Shown piece after piece: positions 1 to 10,884 of a stretch of 64,000 nucleotides of DNA (position 1 is its first letter; each line of letters begins with the position of its first letter). A model generated the notes under the pieces. The model saw only the letters and a list, made by a program, of their open reading frames with translations, did not search any database and was not told the origin of the DNA. The stretch lies in contig CAXXUK010000001.1 in the NCBI GenBank assembly GCA_963665125.2, positions 1,248,001 to 1,312,000 on the forward strand, written 5' to 3'. The position numbers were made by a program, and so were the translations under genes. The stretch comes from an uncultured Desulfarculus sp. GTDB lineage: Bacteria > Desulfobacterota > Desulfarculia > Desulfarculales > Desulfarculaceae.

Positions 1-39
1 GAGCCCGCCGGTACTGGGCGGTCCCCGTACCGGCGGCTC
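1..39. terminator. GC-rich stem-loop upstream of NifU-domain gene
   Basis: GAGCCCGCCGGTAC...GTACCGGCGGCTC inverted repeat with one bulge; no U-tract, role uncertain. Confidence 0.35.
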
Positions 40-58
40 ATCATAAAAGGTGAAACCA

Positions 59-292
59 ATGGCTTTGACAAGAGAACAGGTCGAAACAACACTGGAAGAG
101 GCCCGCTCCGAATTGAAAAAGCACGGCGGCAACGTTGAGTTGGTAGGTGTAGGCGACCAGGGCGTGGTCATGGTCCGGCTTACAGGCGCCTGCGCAGGAT
201 GCAAGTCGGCCCCCATCACCTTGCGCGATATCATTGAAAAGACCTTAAAAGAAAAGCTGCCCGAGGTGCAAAGAGTCGACGCCATGCTGTGA
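59..292 (+). CDS. NifU C-terminal (Nfu-type) domain protein, Fe-S cluster carrier
   Basis: HGGNVELV...VRLTGACAGC..APITL with CxxC; ATG at 59 behind AAAAGGTG. Confidence 0.85.
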   Translation: MALTREQVETTLEEARSELKKHGGNVELVGVGDQGVVMVRLTGACAGCKSAPITLRDIIEKTLKEKLPEVQRVDAML

Positions 293-525
293 TTGCCTCT
301 CGGCGCCGACTCATATATGCAGGTGTTTTTTACAAGCGCACCAAGGCATGATCCTTACATTTCAATAGCTACTTATCAATAGGCGCCGCCGCTAAATCGC
401 GGCTGGTGTTTTCCGCTCAATTCCAAAGCTGAGCTTCAACGCGAGCAAAAAAATAGTTGTATCGCCGTAAGCCATTATGCGATATTTCTCACACAGTAAT
501 GATATCGCCAACTTTGGAGTGATCT

Positions 526-2394
526 ATGTCCGACTACAAGCACAAAGATATGGCAGGCCTTATCGAACAGGAAAAAACCCCGTTCAAAAGCCTATTAACA
601 GCCACCAACACCTATGATCTCATCAAGAACGGCGCGGCGATAGATCCGAAGGCGCCGGCAATTTCCTTCCTCGCCTCCGGTGAGCAATACAAGAACGCGT
701 CAACCCGTTCATATGAAAATTTCATGTTCGAGATCAACCGGGCAGCCAACATGCTCCACGATCTCGGCATCGGCCCCAATGATGTCGTGTCTTATTTGCT
801 GCCCAATCTGCCCCAGACCCATTTCCTTCTATGGGGAGGCCAAGCGGCGGGAATCGTCAATCCTATTAACTTCCTGTTGGAAGCAAACACGGTTCGCGAT
901 ATCTGCCATGCCGCCAAAACAAAGGTCCTTGTAGCTTTGGGCGACTACCCCGGCCTGGACATTTGGAAAAAAGTGGAATCCATCCGTGGCGAATTGCCAT
1001 ATCTCAAAGCCGTCATTAGAGGTCTGGGCCCCAGCGACGAAAAAAACGGCATTTACGGCTACGATGAATTCGTGGAAAAATACAATGGCAACAAACTCGA
1101 CTTCCAGAGGGATATCGACCCCGACGACGTTGCCACGATTTTCCACACCGGCGGCACAACGGGTACGCCCAAGCTGGCTCCGCGCACCCACATGAACGAA
1201 GTGGCCAACGCTGTCCAGACAGGCATGATCTCGCCCTTGGAAACCGGCGAAACCATTCTCAGCGGTCTGCCTCTGTTCCACACCAACGGCACCACTGTTA
1301 CGGGATCTTCGGCCTTTGCCAAGGGTTCACACGTGGTCATCCTTTCGCCCTACGGCTATCGGGACCCCAGCGTGATCATGAATTTCTACAAGATCGTCGA
1401 GAAATTCAAGGCAGTCACCTTCTCCGCCGTGCCCACGGTGCTGGCCATGCTCATGGAAGTTCCCAAGGGAGATGCCGACATTTCTTCGCTCAAGGCCGCC
1501 GTCTGCGGCGCGGCTCCTCTTTCGGTGGAACTGTTCGAGCGTTTTGAACAAAAAACCGGCATGAAGATTACCGAGGGTTACGGCCTAACCGAAGGCCTCT
1601 GCGTTTCCTCGGTAAACCCGTATTGGGGAGAAAGAAAAGTCGGATCCATCGGCCTGCGCATACCGTACCAGGACATGGCCGTCCTTATCTGCGACGAAGA
1701 AGGCAAATTGATCCGCGAAGCCAATGTCAACGAAATCGGCAACGTGTGCATCAGCGGCCCCAACGTGTTCAATGGCTACACCGAAGATATCCACAACAAG
1801 ACCCTGTTCCCCAAAGAGGGCTGGGTCAACACCGGCGACCTGGGCCGCAGGGATGCGGACGGATACTTCTTCCTCACCGGCCGCAAAAAAGAGCTGATCA
1901 TCCGCGGCGGCCACAACATCGACCCGGCAATCATTGAGGAGCCTCTGTACGCCCTGCCCGGCGTGTCCTTGGCCGCGGCGGTGGGCCGCCCCGACCCCCA
2001 CGCCGGTGAAGTGCCGGTGGCCTATGTCCAGCTCCAGGACGGCTCCGACCTCACCGTTGAAAAGATCATGGAGTATCTCAAGGAAAACGTCGGTGAACGG
2101 GCGGCTGTACCCAAGGAAGTTGTCATCCTCGATGAAATTCCGTTGACCCCCGTGGGCAAGATGTTCAAACCGGCCATGCGTTGGGATGCCACCAAGCGCA
2201 TCTACGAGCAAGAATTAGCCGCCTTGGGCGAAATGGCCAAAGAGGTCAATGTGGATGTCGCCGAAAGCAAGATCCACGGCACGGTAGTACATATCAACGT
2301 CACGGCCGACAAGGCCACGGCCGATGATATCAAGGCCAAGGTCTCTGATTTGCTCTCGCTCTACACGCTCAAGTACGACCTGAACATTATCTAA
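526..2394 (+). CDS. Acyl-CoA synthetase (AMP-binding enzyme)
   Basis: FHTGGTTGTPK, EGYGLTE, TGDLG, GRKKELIIRGG, PLTPVGK motifs; GGAG RBS. Confidence 0.93.
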   Translation: MSDYKHKDMAGLIEQEKTPFKSLLTATNTYDLIKNGAAIDPKAPAISFLASGEQYKNASTRSYENFMFEINRAANMLHDLGIGPNDVVSYLLPNLPQTHFLLWGGQAAGIVNPINFLLEANTVRDICHAAKTKVLVALGDYPGLDIWKKVESIRGELPYLKAVIRGLGPSDEKNGIYGYDEFVEKYNGNKLDFQRDIDPDDVATIFHTGGTTGTPKLAPRTHMNEVANAVQTGMISPLETGETILSGLPLFHTNGTTVTGSSAFAKGSHVVILSPYGYRDPSVIMNFYKIVEKFKAVTFSAVPTVLAMLMEVPKGDADISSLKAAVCGAAPLSVELFERFEQKTGMKITEGYGLTEGLCVSSVNPYWGERKVGSIGLRIPYQDMAVLICDEEGKLIREANVNEIGNVCISGPNVFNGYTEDIHNKTLFPKEGWVNTGDLGRRDADGYFFLTGRKKELIIRGGHNIDPAIIEEPLYALPGVSLAAAVGRPDPHAGEVPVAYVQLQDGSDLTVEKIMEYLKENVGERAAVPKEVVILDEIPLTPVGKMFKPAMRWDATKRIYEQELAALGEMAKEVNVDVAESKIHGTVVHINVTADKATADDIKAKVSDLLSLYTLKYDLNII

Positions 2395-2411
2395 GCAACG
2401 CCAGATACGAT

Positions 2412-2452
2412 AAACAAACGCCGGTACTTTTTACCGGCGTTTGTTTTGTTTT
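2412..2452 (+). terminator. Intrinsic terminator
   Basis: AAACAAACGCCGGTA-ctttt-TACCGGCGTTTGTTT stem followed by T-rich tail. Confidence 0.8.
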
Positions 2453-2504
2453 ACAATATAACGATCGTTCTATACATATAAACCTCGTTTTCCGGAGTAT
2501 ATCC

Positions 2505-3587
2505 ATGGATTCCTATGAAAAGCTTCGCCAAAACCTGCATGTCCACACTGCCGGAGCGCCGAAGTCGGCGGCCTTTGACCGCATTTTGCGCATCCTTTTC
2601 ACACCCGAGGAGGTGGTGGTGGCTCTGGGCATGGGCTTCGCGCCACGTCCCGTGGAATCCATTGCCCAAAAGGCAGGCGTGTCACCAGAGGAAGCCGAGG
2701 CCAGGTGCCGCTCCATGCTCGACAAGAGCGTCATCTTCGGACGCGAAAAAAGCGGACAAATGGGCTATGCCCTCCTACCCACAATACCCGGTTTGTTCGA
2801 GTTCCCGTTCATGGCCGGCGGCGGCGAACCCATGCATGACGAGCTTGGAAAACTCTGGAATGAGTACCACCACGAAGGCCTGGGCCAAGAGTTTGCCGCA
2901 AGTCAAACCCCATTAATGCGCGTCATTCCGATAAATAAAACTATCGAGAATAATACCGAAGTCATGCCGTTCGACGCCCTGGACCAAATGCTCCCAAAGG
3001 CCAAATTGATCAGCGTGGCCCACTGCGCCTGCAGGGTATCCCAGAAAAATTGCGAACGGCCTCTTGAGGTCTGTATGATTTTCGACGCAATGGCCCAGTT
3101 TTTAATCGACCGGAATTTGGCCCGGCCGATCACCCTGGACGATGCCAGAGATATTCTGAGAACTTCCGAAGAAGCCGGACTGGTCCATAACGTCAACAAC
3201 GCGGCCGACCGGCTCAGCGTGGTGTGCAACTGCTGCCCTTGCTGTTGTACGGTCTTGCGGGGCATCACCGAGTTGAATATGCCCAATGCCGTGGCACGCA
3301 GCCGCTACCAGGTCTCCATTGACCCCGATCTCTGCACCGGCTGCGGAGTCTGTGTGGACGAACGCTGCCCGGTGGGGGCTATCGCCTTGCAGGACGATAT
3401 CGCCGTGGCCAACGCCAAGCGCTGCATCGGCTGCGGGCTGTGCGTCACCACCTGCCCGGGCGAGGCCATCAGCCTGGAAAGCCGGCCCGACGCGCCGGAC
3501 ACCCCGGCCACCACCGCCGAGATGGGCCTCAAGGTGGTCAGCGAAAAAGGCCGCCTGGACCAGTTCATGGAAATGATGAAGCCATAG
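2505..3587 (+). CDS. 4Fe-4S ferredoxin-domain protein (N-terminal HTH-like region, CNCCxCCC motif, two C-terminal 4Fe-4S motifs)
   Basis: CACR..C, CNCCPCCC, CTGCGVC...CP, CIGCGLCVTTCP; GGAG RBS. Confidence 0.88.
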   Translation: MDSYEKLRQNLHVHTAGAPKSAAFDRILRILFTPEEVVVALGMGFAPRPVESIAQKAGVSPEEAEARCRSMLDKSVIFGREKSGQMGYALLPTIPGLFEFPFMAGGGEPMHDELGKLWNEYHHEGLGQEFAASQTPLMRVIPINKTIENNTEVMPFDALDQMLPKAKLISVAHCACRVSQKNCERPLEVCMIFDAMAQFLIDRNLARPITLDDARDILRTSEEAGLVHNVNNAADRLSVVCNCCPCCCTVLRGITELNMPNAVARSRYQVSIDPDLCTGCGVCVDERCPVGAIALQDDIAVANAKRCIGCGLCVTTCPGEAISLESRPDAPDTPATTAEMGLKVVSEKGRLDQFMEMMKP

Positions 3588-3928
3588 CGATAACGGGCAA
3601 AGGCCCTCTGATTAACGAATCTTTGGTGCACCATTGTTACTGTGTTTTAAATGGACATACCCGGAAATAGTCAGGCATGTTCTTCCGGACGTACGCCATG
3701 AGGCTGGATCAAAGATCAATACGTTGGTAATAGAAAAGGACGGTAACGGTTAAACTATCAGCCGAAACCACCTGGCACCCACTTTAAACCATCCAAGCCA
3801 AAAAAGGCCGCGAAACCGTTTACGCCGAATAGACTGATGGGGAGCATTTTTTGAGTCGCACAACCTACTTTAACAACCTTATTACCCTTTTAACATATAG
3901 ATATGGTTGTTTTTTTGGATTTTTTATT

Positions 3929-3956
3929 TCAAGAAACACCTTCACCGTGCCGATCA
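3929..3956 (+). promoter_or_regulatory. Putative sigma28 (FliA) promoter
   Basis: TCAAG-N15-GCCGATCA, 52 nt before the GTG at 4009. Confidence 0.6.
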
Positions 3957-4008
3957 ATGATATAGAGTTCGTTTGAAGTATCAAGGTGCAAATCCCTTGG
4001 AGAGTTAG

Positions 4009-4716
4009 GTGAACGTCCATTCATTCGGAAACAGTTTTGACTGCCTTCTGACACCTTGCAAGCAGAAACCAGAGGAAACGGTCCAACAAAACACTCTCCA
4101 ATTATCTACAAGCAGCGGAATTGCTTCTGAGTTGTCCGATACGGCAGAATCTATTTTAATTGGCGCATTATCGGGATATTCAAGCCAGACAGAAAACAAT
4201 CCCACATATTCACATCATCAACAATCAAAGTACATTACGGCAAAACTAGATTCCTTTCAGACACAGAAACAATTCAGCAGCACTTTGGGCTCCCTTGTAA
4301 CAATGCTTCCGACGAACCTTATTGCACGCAACAATAGTAAGAATAAATACACCGAGGCAATGCTGAACAAGGCCAAGGCGCAAAGGCTCGCCCGCGAGGC
4401 CCAAAACGATTTGATACATAGAAAGTCCAAAGAAAACCTGGAACGTGCACGGGAAAATATCGAGGAAAAGGCCAAAGACGTTCTTGTGGCAGACGGTTAC
4501 GCAAAATATTCAACGCCGGAAGCGGCTTTGGAATATCTGGACAATTCTCAAAAACGACTCACGGACATGGCCCAACAATCACTGGCAGCCCAAGCCTACC
4601 GTGCATCCTTGGCTACTGTGGAGCAAACACAAGTTGACCTCCCAACCGCTGTTCAACTCGATACTCCTACCGCAACTTCGGGTGGATCAACGCCATCCAT
4701 CAACGTAAAAATCTAG
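4009..4716 (+). CDS. Hypothetical protein, S/T/Q-rich with central coiled coil
   Basis: 235-aa ORF, GGAG RBS at 3999, AT-richer than neighbours; ends PSINVKI. Confidence 0.65.
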   Translation: MNVHSFGNSFDCLLTPCKQKPEETVQQNTLQLSTSSGIASELSDTAESILIGALSGYSSQTENNPTYSHHQQSKYITAKLDSFQTQKQFSSTLGSLVTMLPTNLIARNNSKNKYTEAMLNKAKAQRLAREAQNDLIHRKSKENLERARENIEEKAKDVLVADGYAKYSTPEAALEYLDNSQKRLTDMAQQSLAAQAYRASLATVEQTQVDLPTAVQLDTPTATSGGSTPSINVKI

Positions 4717-4789
4717 CCGTTCCATCTAGACCAAAAACAAGCAACGCCTCTGTTTAAATGGTTTACAGAGCCCCTCTCAATGTTCAACA

Positions 4790-4882
4790 CCGCGAAACCA
4801 TTTACGCCAAAGGCGAAAACGGCTTCGCGGAAAAGTTTTTTGGGGGTTTGGGGGGCTTTTTTAAAAAAGCCCCCCAAGAAAA
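4790..4882 (-). repeat. Multi-hairpin intergenic repeat, copy 1 (partial, hairpins H1+H2)
   Basis: Reverse complement reads TTTTCTTGGGGGGCTTTTTTAAAAAAGCCCCCCAAACCCCCAAAAAACTTTTCCGCGAAG..., matching copies at 20545 and 57154. Confidence 0.85.
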
Positions 4883-4889
4883 GACGAAT

Positions 4890-6062
<1,173 letters not shown>

Positions 6063-6920
6063 TTACCAGCGGCTCCTCATGCCCATTCGGGTGCCCTGGC
6101 CGCCGGCGGCAGCCTGGAGCACTTCAACGTCCTGTTCTTTTTTGATCAGCGCACCGGCGAAAGGCAGTTCCTTGGCCACCTTGTCCGGCGAGATGCCACC
6201 GGCGATGAGTGCCTGAATCCAGTCCAGAAGTTCGCTGGTGGATGGTTTCTTGCGGAAGCCGTCGATCTCGCGCAGCCAATAGAATTTCTTGAGAACTTCC
6301 TTGAGCAGTGTGGTGTCCAGACCGGGATAATGCACGCCGACGATCCTGGTCATCAGTTCCTCGTCGGGAAACTCGATGTAGTGGAAAACGCAACGGCGCA
6401 GGAAGGCGTCGGGCAGTTCTTTTTCCGAGTTGGAGGTGATCACCACGATGGGGCGTTTCTCGGCCGCGATGGTTTCACCTGTCTCGTTGATGTAGAACTT
6501 CATCTCGTCCAGCTCATTGAGCAGGTCGTTGGGGAACTCGATGTCGGCCTTGTCCACTTCGTCGATGAGTAGCACCGGCTGGTTTGGGTGATTGAAAGAT
6601 TCGCCCAACTGGCCCAGGTGAATATAGTGGCTGATGTCGCTGACGTCGCCGCCGCCGAAGCGCGAGTCGTTCAGGCGCTGGACGGTATCATATATATAGA
6701 GTCCGTCGCGGGCCTTGGTGGTGGACTTGACGTTCCAGACGATGAGTTCCTTTTCCAGGCCCCTGGCGATGTTGTGGGCCAACAGGGTTTTGCCCGTTCC
6801 AGGTTCGCCCTTGACCAGCAGCGGGCGGCCCAGGGCTATGGATACGTTGACCACATCGCGCAACGCATCGGAAACAATGTATTTATCCGTACCTGTGAAT
6901 CTATCGAAACTGGAAGACAT
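6063..6920 (-). CDS. MoxR family AAA+ ATPase
   Basis: Walker A GEPGTGKT, Walker B LLIDEVDKAD, ITSNSEKELPDAFLRRC. Confidence 0.92.
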   Translation of the reverse strand: MSSSFDRFTGTDKYIVSDALRDVVNVSIALGRPLLVKGEPGTGKTLLAHNIARGLEKELIVWNVKSTTKARDGLYIYDTVQRLNDSRFGGGDVSDISHYIHLGQLGESFNHPNQPVLLIDEVDKADIEFPNDLLNELDEMKFYINETGETIAAEKRPIVVITSNSEKELPDAFLRRCVFHYIEFPDEELMTRIVGVHYPGLDTTLLKEVLKKFYWLREIDGFRKKPSTSELLDWIQALIAGGISPDKVAKELPFAGALIKKEQDVEVLQAAAGGQGTRMGMRSRW

Positions 6921-7138
6921 GAAGTTCTCCTAAAAGAAGGCGCAAAGTGCCGGTATTGACTATCTCGCATACAAAATATTACCCAGTTAAATTTATAAAT
7001 CAAGTGTTCGGTTTTTTCCGCGTTAGAAAAATAATCCTTTTATCGGCAATATTGCCGCAGGCTATATGCGCTTCCAATGATTGCGTACCCAGTCGGCATC
7101 TTTGAATTAATAATAATGGCCTGTTCTTTTATAACCTA

Positions 7139-7167
7139 TTGACCACAGTATAGCTATTTTGTATGTT
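7139..7167 (+). promoter_or_regulatory. Putative sigma70 promoter for the large exported protein
   Basis: TTGACC-N17-TATGTT. Confidence 0.4.
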
Positions 7168-7337
7168 CAGGATGTTTACTTTGGCGCATTAGAGGCGCTG
7201 AATTAAGCACAGCCTGCCCCCTGTAAAATCAGGCATGACGATCAACTCGTTCTGAAAGCGGATATCAGACCAAGATTAACATCTTGGCAACCACTCATTG
7301 TGATCCACCATTAGGTGCTGAAACGGGGCTGAAGCTT

Positions 7338-9611
7338 ATGCACGGAAAAATTAATAGTCAAAGACTTAAGGTCTACATACTGATAATCTTGAGTCTATTC
7401 CTCCTACCCACAGCCGTCACTCAGGCAGCAGCTGACACACTTTCAACAAGTACTCAGTCTAATACAGTTGACCAAAAACCGGAGACTGCTCCATCTCAAC
7501 AGTGGACAACGGAATCGGGCAAGCTCAAAGCCACGGGCAGCCTCTCATCCGGCGGCGCGAACGGCAACCTCGCCCTTTCCGACAACAACACATCATGGGC
7601 CTGGCAAGTCGGCGGCAGGGCCGGCATGCTCAATGAAGAGTTTGCCTTTGGCGTCAACGCGGCGGGCGGCTGGTCTCCCGGCGGCGACTGGGGCCTATGG
7701 CTCAACCTGGACGGCGAATTCACCGGCGAATTCGTGGACCATTATCAGGCCACACTCAACGCCGGTTACCGCCTGAACCAGGATTTCAGGCTGCTGGGCA
7801 CCCTGGATTACCTGAGCAAAACCATAGAAGTGGAAAGCTGGGATAAAAACGAGATGCTCAACCAGTACGGCGCGGGCATCTCCCTTGACTACACAATATC
7901 GGAAAGCATTGGCCTTGCGGGCTTTTACCAGCACTACAAGACCGAGGGCCAAGAGTACGGCAGAATCAGCGAGTATGACTACGTCGATTCTGACAACTGG
8001 CAGCACTATGGCTGGCTGTACGGCGCGGTGCGAGGCGGCGATTATGACGAACTTGGCGTGGACGCCACCTACCGCCTGCCCGGCCTGAACATGGATATCG
8101 GCCTGGGACTGAGCCAAATCTGGCGCAAATATGAAGAAATGCTGGGCTACGACTCCAAGAATGTGGAGACGGCGGCCGGACGCCTGAGCTATGACTGGCG
8201 GGATATCTTGGCCAGCGGCGTGAACTTCAGGGCCGGGGTGTCCATGGAGTTTGCCGATAACGACAACCTTAGCTGGAACGTCAGCCTTGATAGGCAGGTG
8301 GGTCCGGTTAGCGTGGCCCTGACCTACAGCGAATACTCCAACGACCTGGCCACCAGCGACCGCAGGCTCTACGCCAGCGTGAACCTGCCCATCGGCTCGA
8401 CCGCTTCGGAAATCAAAGAAGGAGACCGCGGCCCGCGCAAACCCGCCTTCAGCGGCCAGTGGTTGACCAGCCCGGTGACCGGCATGGGTCAGCCAACGCT
8501 CAAGGTATCCGAACAGCTTGAACGGCGCGTGGACGAAACCGAGGTGAACCTGGCGGAATTGCCGGAAAACGCAACGATTAACAAGAACCTGATGACGATC
8601 AGCGGTCTGCCGGCCCTTACGGGCGTCAACGCAACCTACTGCAAGCCGGACTCGGCTACGGCCGCTTTCAGCTTGGGCATGGGCAACACCTCAGTTATTG
8701 TGGACTTGGAGAAACTGCCTTGTCCGGCCAATGTCATGGTTACCTATAACCAGAGTGACGGCCTATACACCAGCATCAGCTTCAACACCAAAGAGGGATC
8801 GGTAAAAATAAACAATATCGATGCATGCATCAATATGCCTAAAGACGAATTGGAGGCCATTTACAGGCAAGCAAAGTACACCAAAGATGACCCTTCGAAA
8901 TTAAGCATCCGTGTATCCGGCTATTCCACTGCTTTTTCCGGAGACGTTGTAACGTATGAGGTAATCACTAAATCCGGCTCAGAGGCCCAGACGAACCAGA
9001 ACAATACATCCATGGTCATTGTTTGGCAAGTAAGTGGAGGGACTGTTGTTTTTCAGGATTTTGACATCATAAAAGTCAAAGCTCCTGAAGTGCAGGAAGG
9101 CAAGTTGGCAACAATAACTGCATCGGCAACCGCCACTTATGTATCAGGCGAAGTCCAGTATATATCGCATGGTGAACAAGAAACCGTAGTCAAGCCCAAA
9201 GTTTCCGATGATGACGACGACACCGGCGATGACACCGGAGACGACTCGGGCAAACCTGAAAGCCTGCCTAATTTCATGAAAAACAAAAACCTGTACGTGG
9301 AAAATGCAGGCGAAAATTTCAAGATCGGTTTTACAACAGACGATTCAGGCAAGCCCAATTATTTCTGTTATACCAAGGGCAGCGCTGATATGAATTCCAT
9401 GATGAGCAGCTACACGGCCACCAGGGGCTCTGACGGAAAGGTGACTGTTGCCATGGCCATCAGCGTGCCTATCAACGGAAAAGACACTGACTTTGAAATG
9501 GATCTACATCTGGACAAGGACGACGTCACGTTGCTAAGCACCAGTAATGTGCGCGTGATCCCAAAAGGCGGAAGCACCACGACCTATAAGGTGACCGGCT
9601 ACATAAAATAG
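7338..9611 (+). CDS. Large exported/outer-membrane protein: signal peptide, predicted beta-barrel, C-terminal beta-sandwich passenger (inverse-autotransporter-like)
   Basis: Signal peptide ...LKVYILIILSLFLLPTAVTQA-A; many alternating amphipathic strands ending in aromatic residues; start could be the upstream TTG at 7284. Confidence 0.6.
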   Translation: MHGKINSQRLKVYILIILSLFLLPTAVTQAAADTLSTSTQSNTVDQKPETAPSQQWTTESGKLKATGSLSSGGANGNLALSDNNTSWAWQVGGRAGMLNEEFAFGVNAAGGWSPGGDWGLWLNLDGEFTGEFVDHYQATLNAGYRLNQDFRLLGTLDYLSKTIEVESWDKNEMLNQYGAGISLDYTISESIGLAGFYQHYKTEGQEYGRISEYDYVDSDNWQHYGWLYGAVRGGDYDELGVDATYRLPGLNMDIGLGLSQIWRKYEEMLGYDSKNVETAAGRLSYDWRDILASGVNFRAGVSMEFADNDNLSWNVSLDRQVGPVSVALTYSEYSNDLATSDRRLYASVNLPIGSTASEIKEGDRGPRKPAFSGQWLTSPVTGMGQPTLKVSEQLERRVDETEVNLAELPENATINKNLMTISGLPALTGVNATYCKPDSATAAFSLGMGNTSVIVDLEKLPCPANVMVTYNQSDGLYTSISFNTKEGSVKINNIDACINMPKDELEAIYRQAKYTKDDPSKLSIRVSGYSTAFSGDVVTYEVITKSGSEAQTNQNNTSMVIVWQVSGGTVVFQDFDIIKVKAPEVQEGKLATITASATATYVSGEVQYISHGEQETVVKPKVSDDDDDTGDDTGDDSGKPESLPNFMKNKNLYVENAGENFKIGFTTDDSGKPNYFCYTKGSADMNSMMSSYTATRGSDGKVTVAMAISVPINGKDTDFEMDLHLDKDDVTLLSTSNVRVIPKGGSTTTYKVTGYIK

Positions 9612-9654
9612 GCGCATCCATCAACGATCAAGGCGGCATGCACCAGGCAAAGAG

Positions 9655-10872
9655 TGTACAGTGATGGTATTGACCTGACAGTCGCCTCCTACCGGGCAGG
9701 TTGTTAGGCTGCCTTTTTGCTCTTATTATTTTTCGGTTCAGGATTCAAGTCTTTCAGCCCATCTTTGAAAGCCTGATACGGCGTCCTACCGTTCATGTTG
9801 CGGCCCTGGTGGGGCCGTTTCGTATTGTAAAGGGCCAGATACTCTTCCAGATCATTCTGCATCTCATCGACCGACTCGTACCATTTCTTGCGGCCCACGA
9901 TGCGGAAATGCTCGTCCAGCAGGGTACGGTGAAGCCGCTCCACAAAGCCGTTTGACTGGGGACGGCGCACCTTGGTTGTGCGGTGTTCGATGCCCTCAAG
10001 TTGCAGGAACAGCTCGTAAGGGTGGCGGTCCTCACGGCCACAAAATTCCCTGCCGTTGTCGCTGAGAATTGTCGTGATTGAAGCGTCATGCTGCTCGAAG
10101 AAGGGCAGTACGTCGGTGTTGAGCACATGGACGGCGGTCACCGGCAGCTTGGAGGTGTAGAGCCTGCCCCAGGCGTGGCGGCTGTGGCAATCGATCACCG
10201 ATTGCAGGTAGACCTTGCCCACGCCCTTGAGGGTGCCCACAAAGAAAGTGTCCACCGCCACCAGATCGCCCACACCCTTGGTTTCAATGTGGCGCTCTCG
10301 AAACTCCGGGCTGAATCGCTCCAAGAGGGCGACCTGTTCCTCGCTCAAATCGATCTTGGTTTCCGACACGTGGCGCTCCAGCCGCAGCAGGCGCTCATGG
10401 CGGCTCAAAAGATTGTGTCGGGACCAAACTCCCCGCACACCGCCGGAGCTGACCTGGATGCCTTTTAGGGCCAGTTCGTCGGCCACGCGAAGGCAGCCAT
10501 GGGTGGGATAATCCAAGCTGTGGTCCAGAATGGCCTTTTCGATTTCTTCTGACACCCGGTTGGGATGTGGTCCTTTGGGGCCGGGAAGCCGATCCACCAG
10601 GCCTTCGGCCCCAAACGTCTGGTAGTTGCGCCTGATCTCATAGAATTGCTGGCGGGAATAGCCCATGATCTTGCAGGCCCGGCTGACGTTCTTCAAATCA
10701 GACGCCAACTCTAGTAAACTCAGCTTCCTGCGTGCTACTTTCTTTTCGGTGGTCATGTCCTTTACCTCCTTGGGTTCGAAGTGCTTCGCAACACTTCTTC
10801 TAACCCGGTAGGAGGCGGCATGGCCACCTCTTCATTTGGCTCTATGTGTCAGGTAATTACCGTCACAGCACA
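9655..10872 (-). mobile_element. IS481-family insertion sequence, 1218 bp, 7-bp target duplication CAAAGAG
   Basis: 26-bp imperfect terminal IRs (TGTACAGTGATGGTATTGACCTGACA vs TGTGCTGTGACGGTAATTACCTGACA, 21/26) with TGT...ACA ends; CAAAGAG at 9648-9654 and 10873-10879. Confidence 0.92.
9704..10756 (-). CDS. IS481-family DDE transposase
   Basis: N-terminal HTH (NVSRACKIMGYSRQQFY), DDE core VDTF / LSDNGREF / PQSNGFVER, YNTKRPHQG; GGAGG RBS. Confidence 0.95.
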   Translation of the reverse strand: MTTEKKVARRKLSLLELASDLKNVSRACKIMGYSRQQFYEIRRNYQTFGAEGLVDRLPGPKGPHPNRVSEEIEKAILDHSLDYPTHGCLRVADELALKGIQVSSGGVRGVWSRHNLLSRHERLLRLERHVSETKIDLSEEQVALLERFSPEFRERHIETKGVGDLVAVDTFFVGTLKGVGKVYLQSVIDCHSRHAWGRLYTSKLPVTAVHVLNTDVLPFFEQHDASITTILSDNGREFCGREDRHPYELFLQLEGIEHRTTKVRRPQSNGFVERLHRTLLDEHFRIVGRKKWYESVDEMQNDLEEYLALYNTKRPHQGRNMNGRTPYQAFKDGLKDLNPEPKNNKSKKAA

Positions 10873-10884
10873 CAAAGAGAACAA

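Noticed and set aside
3772..3790. Sigma54 promoter (TGGCAC)
   Set aside because: No TTGC -12 element at the required spacing
7190..7337. Lysine or c-di-AMP riboswitch (TAGAGGCGC, CGCTGAAT)
   Set aside because: Only short 5' words match; the remaining conserved cores are absent
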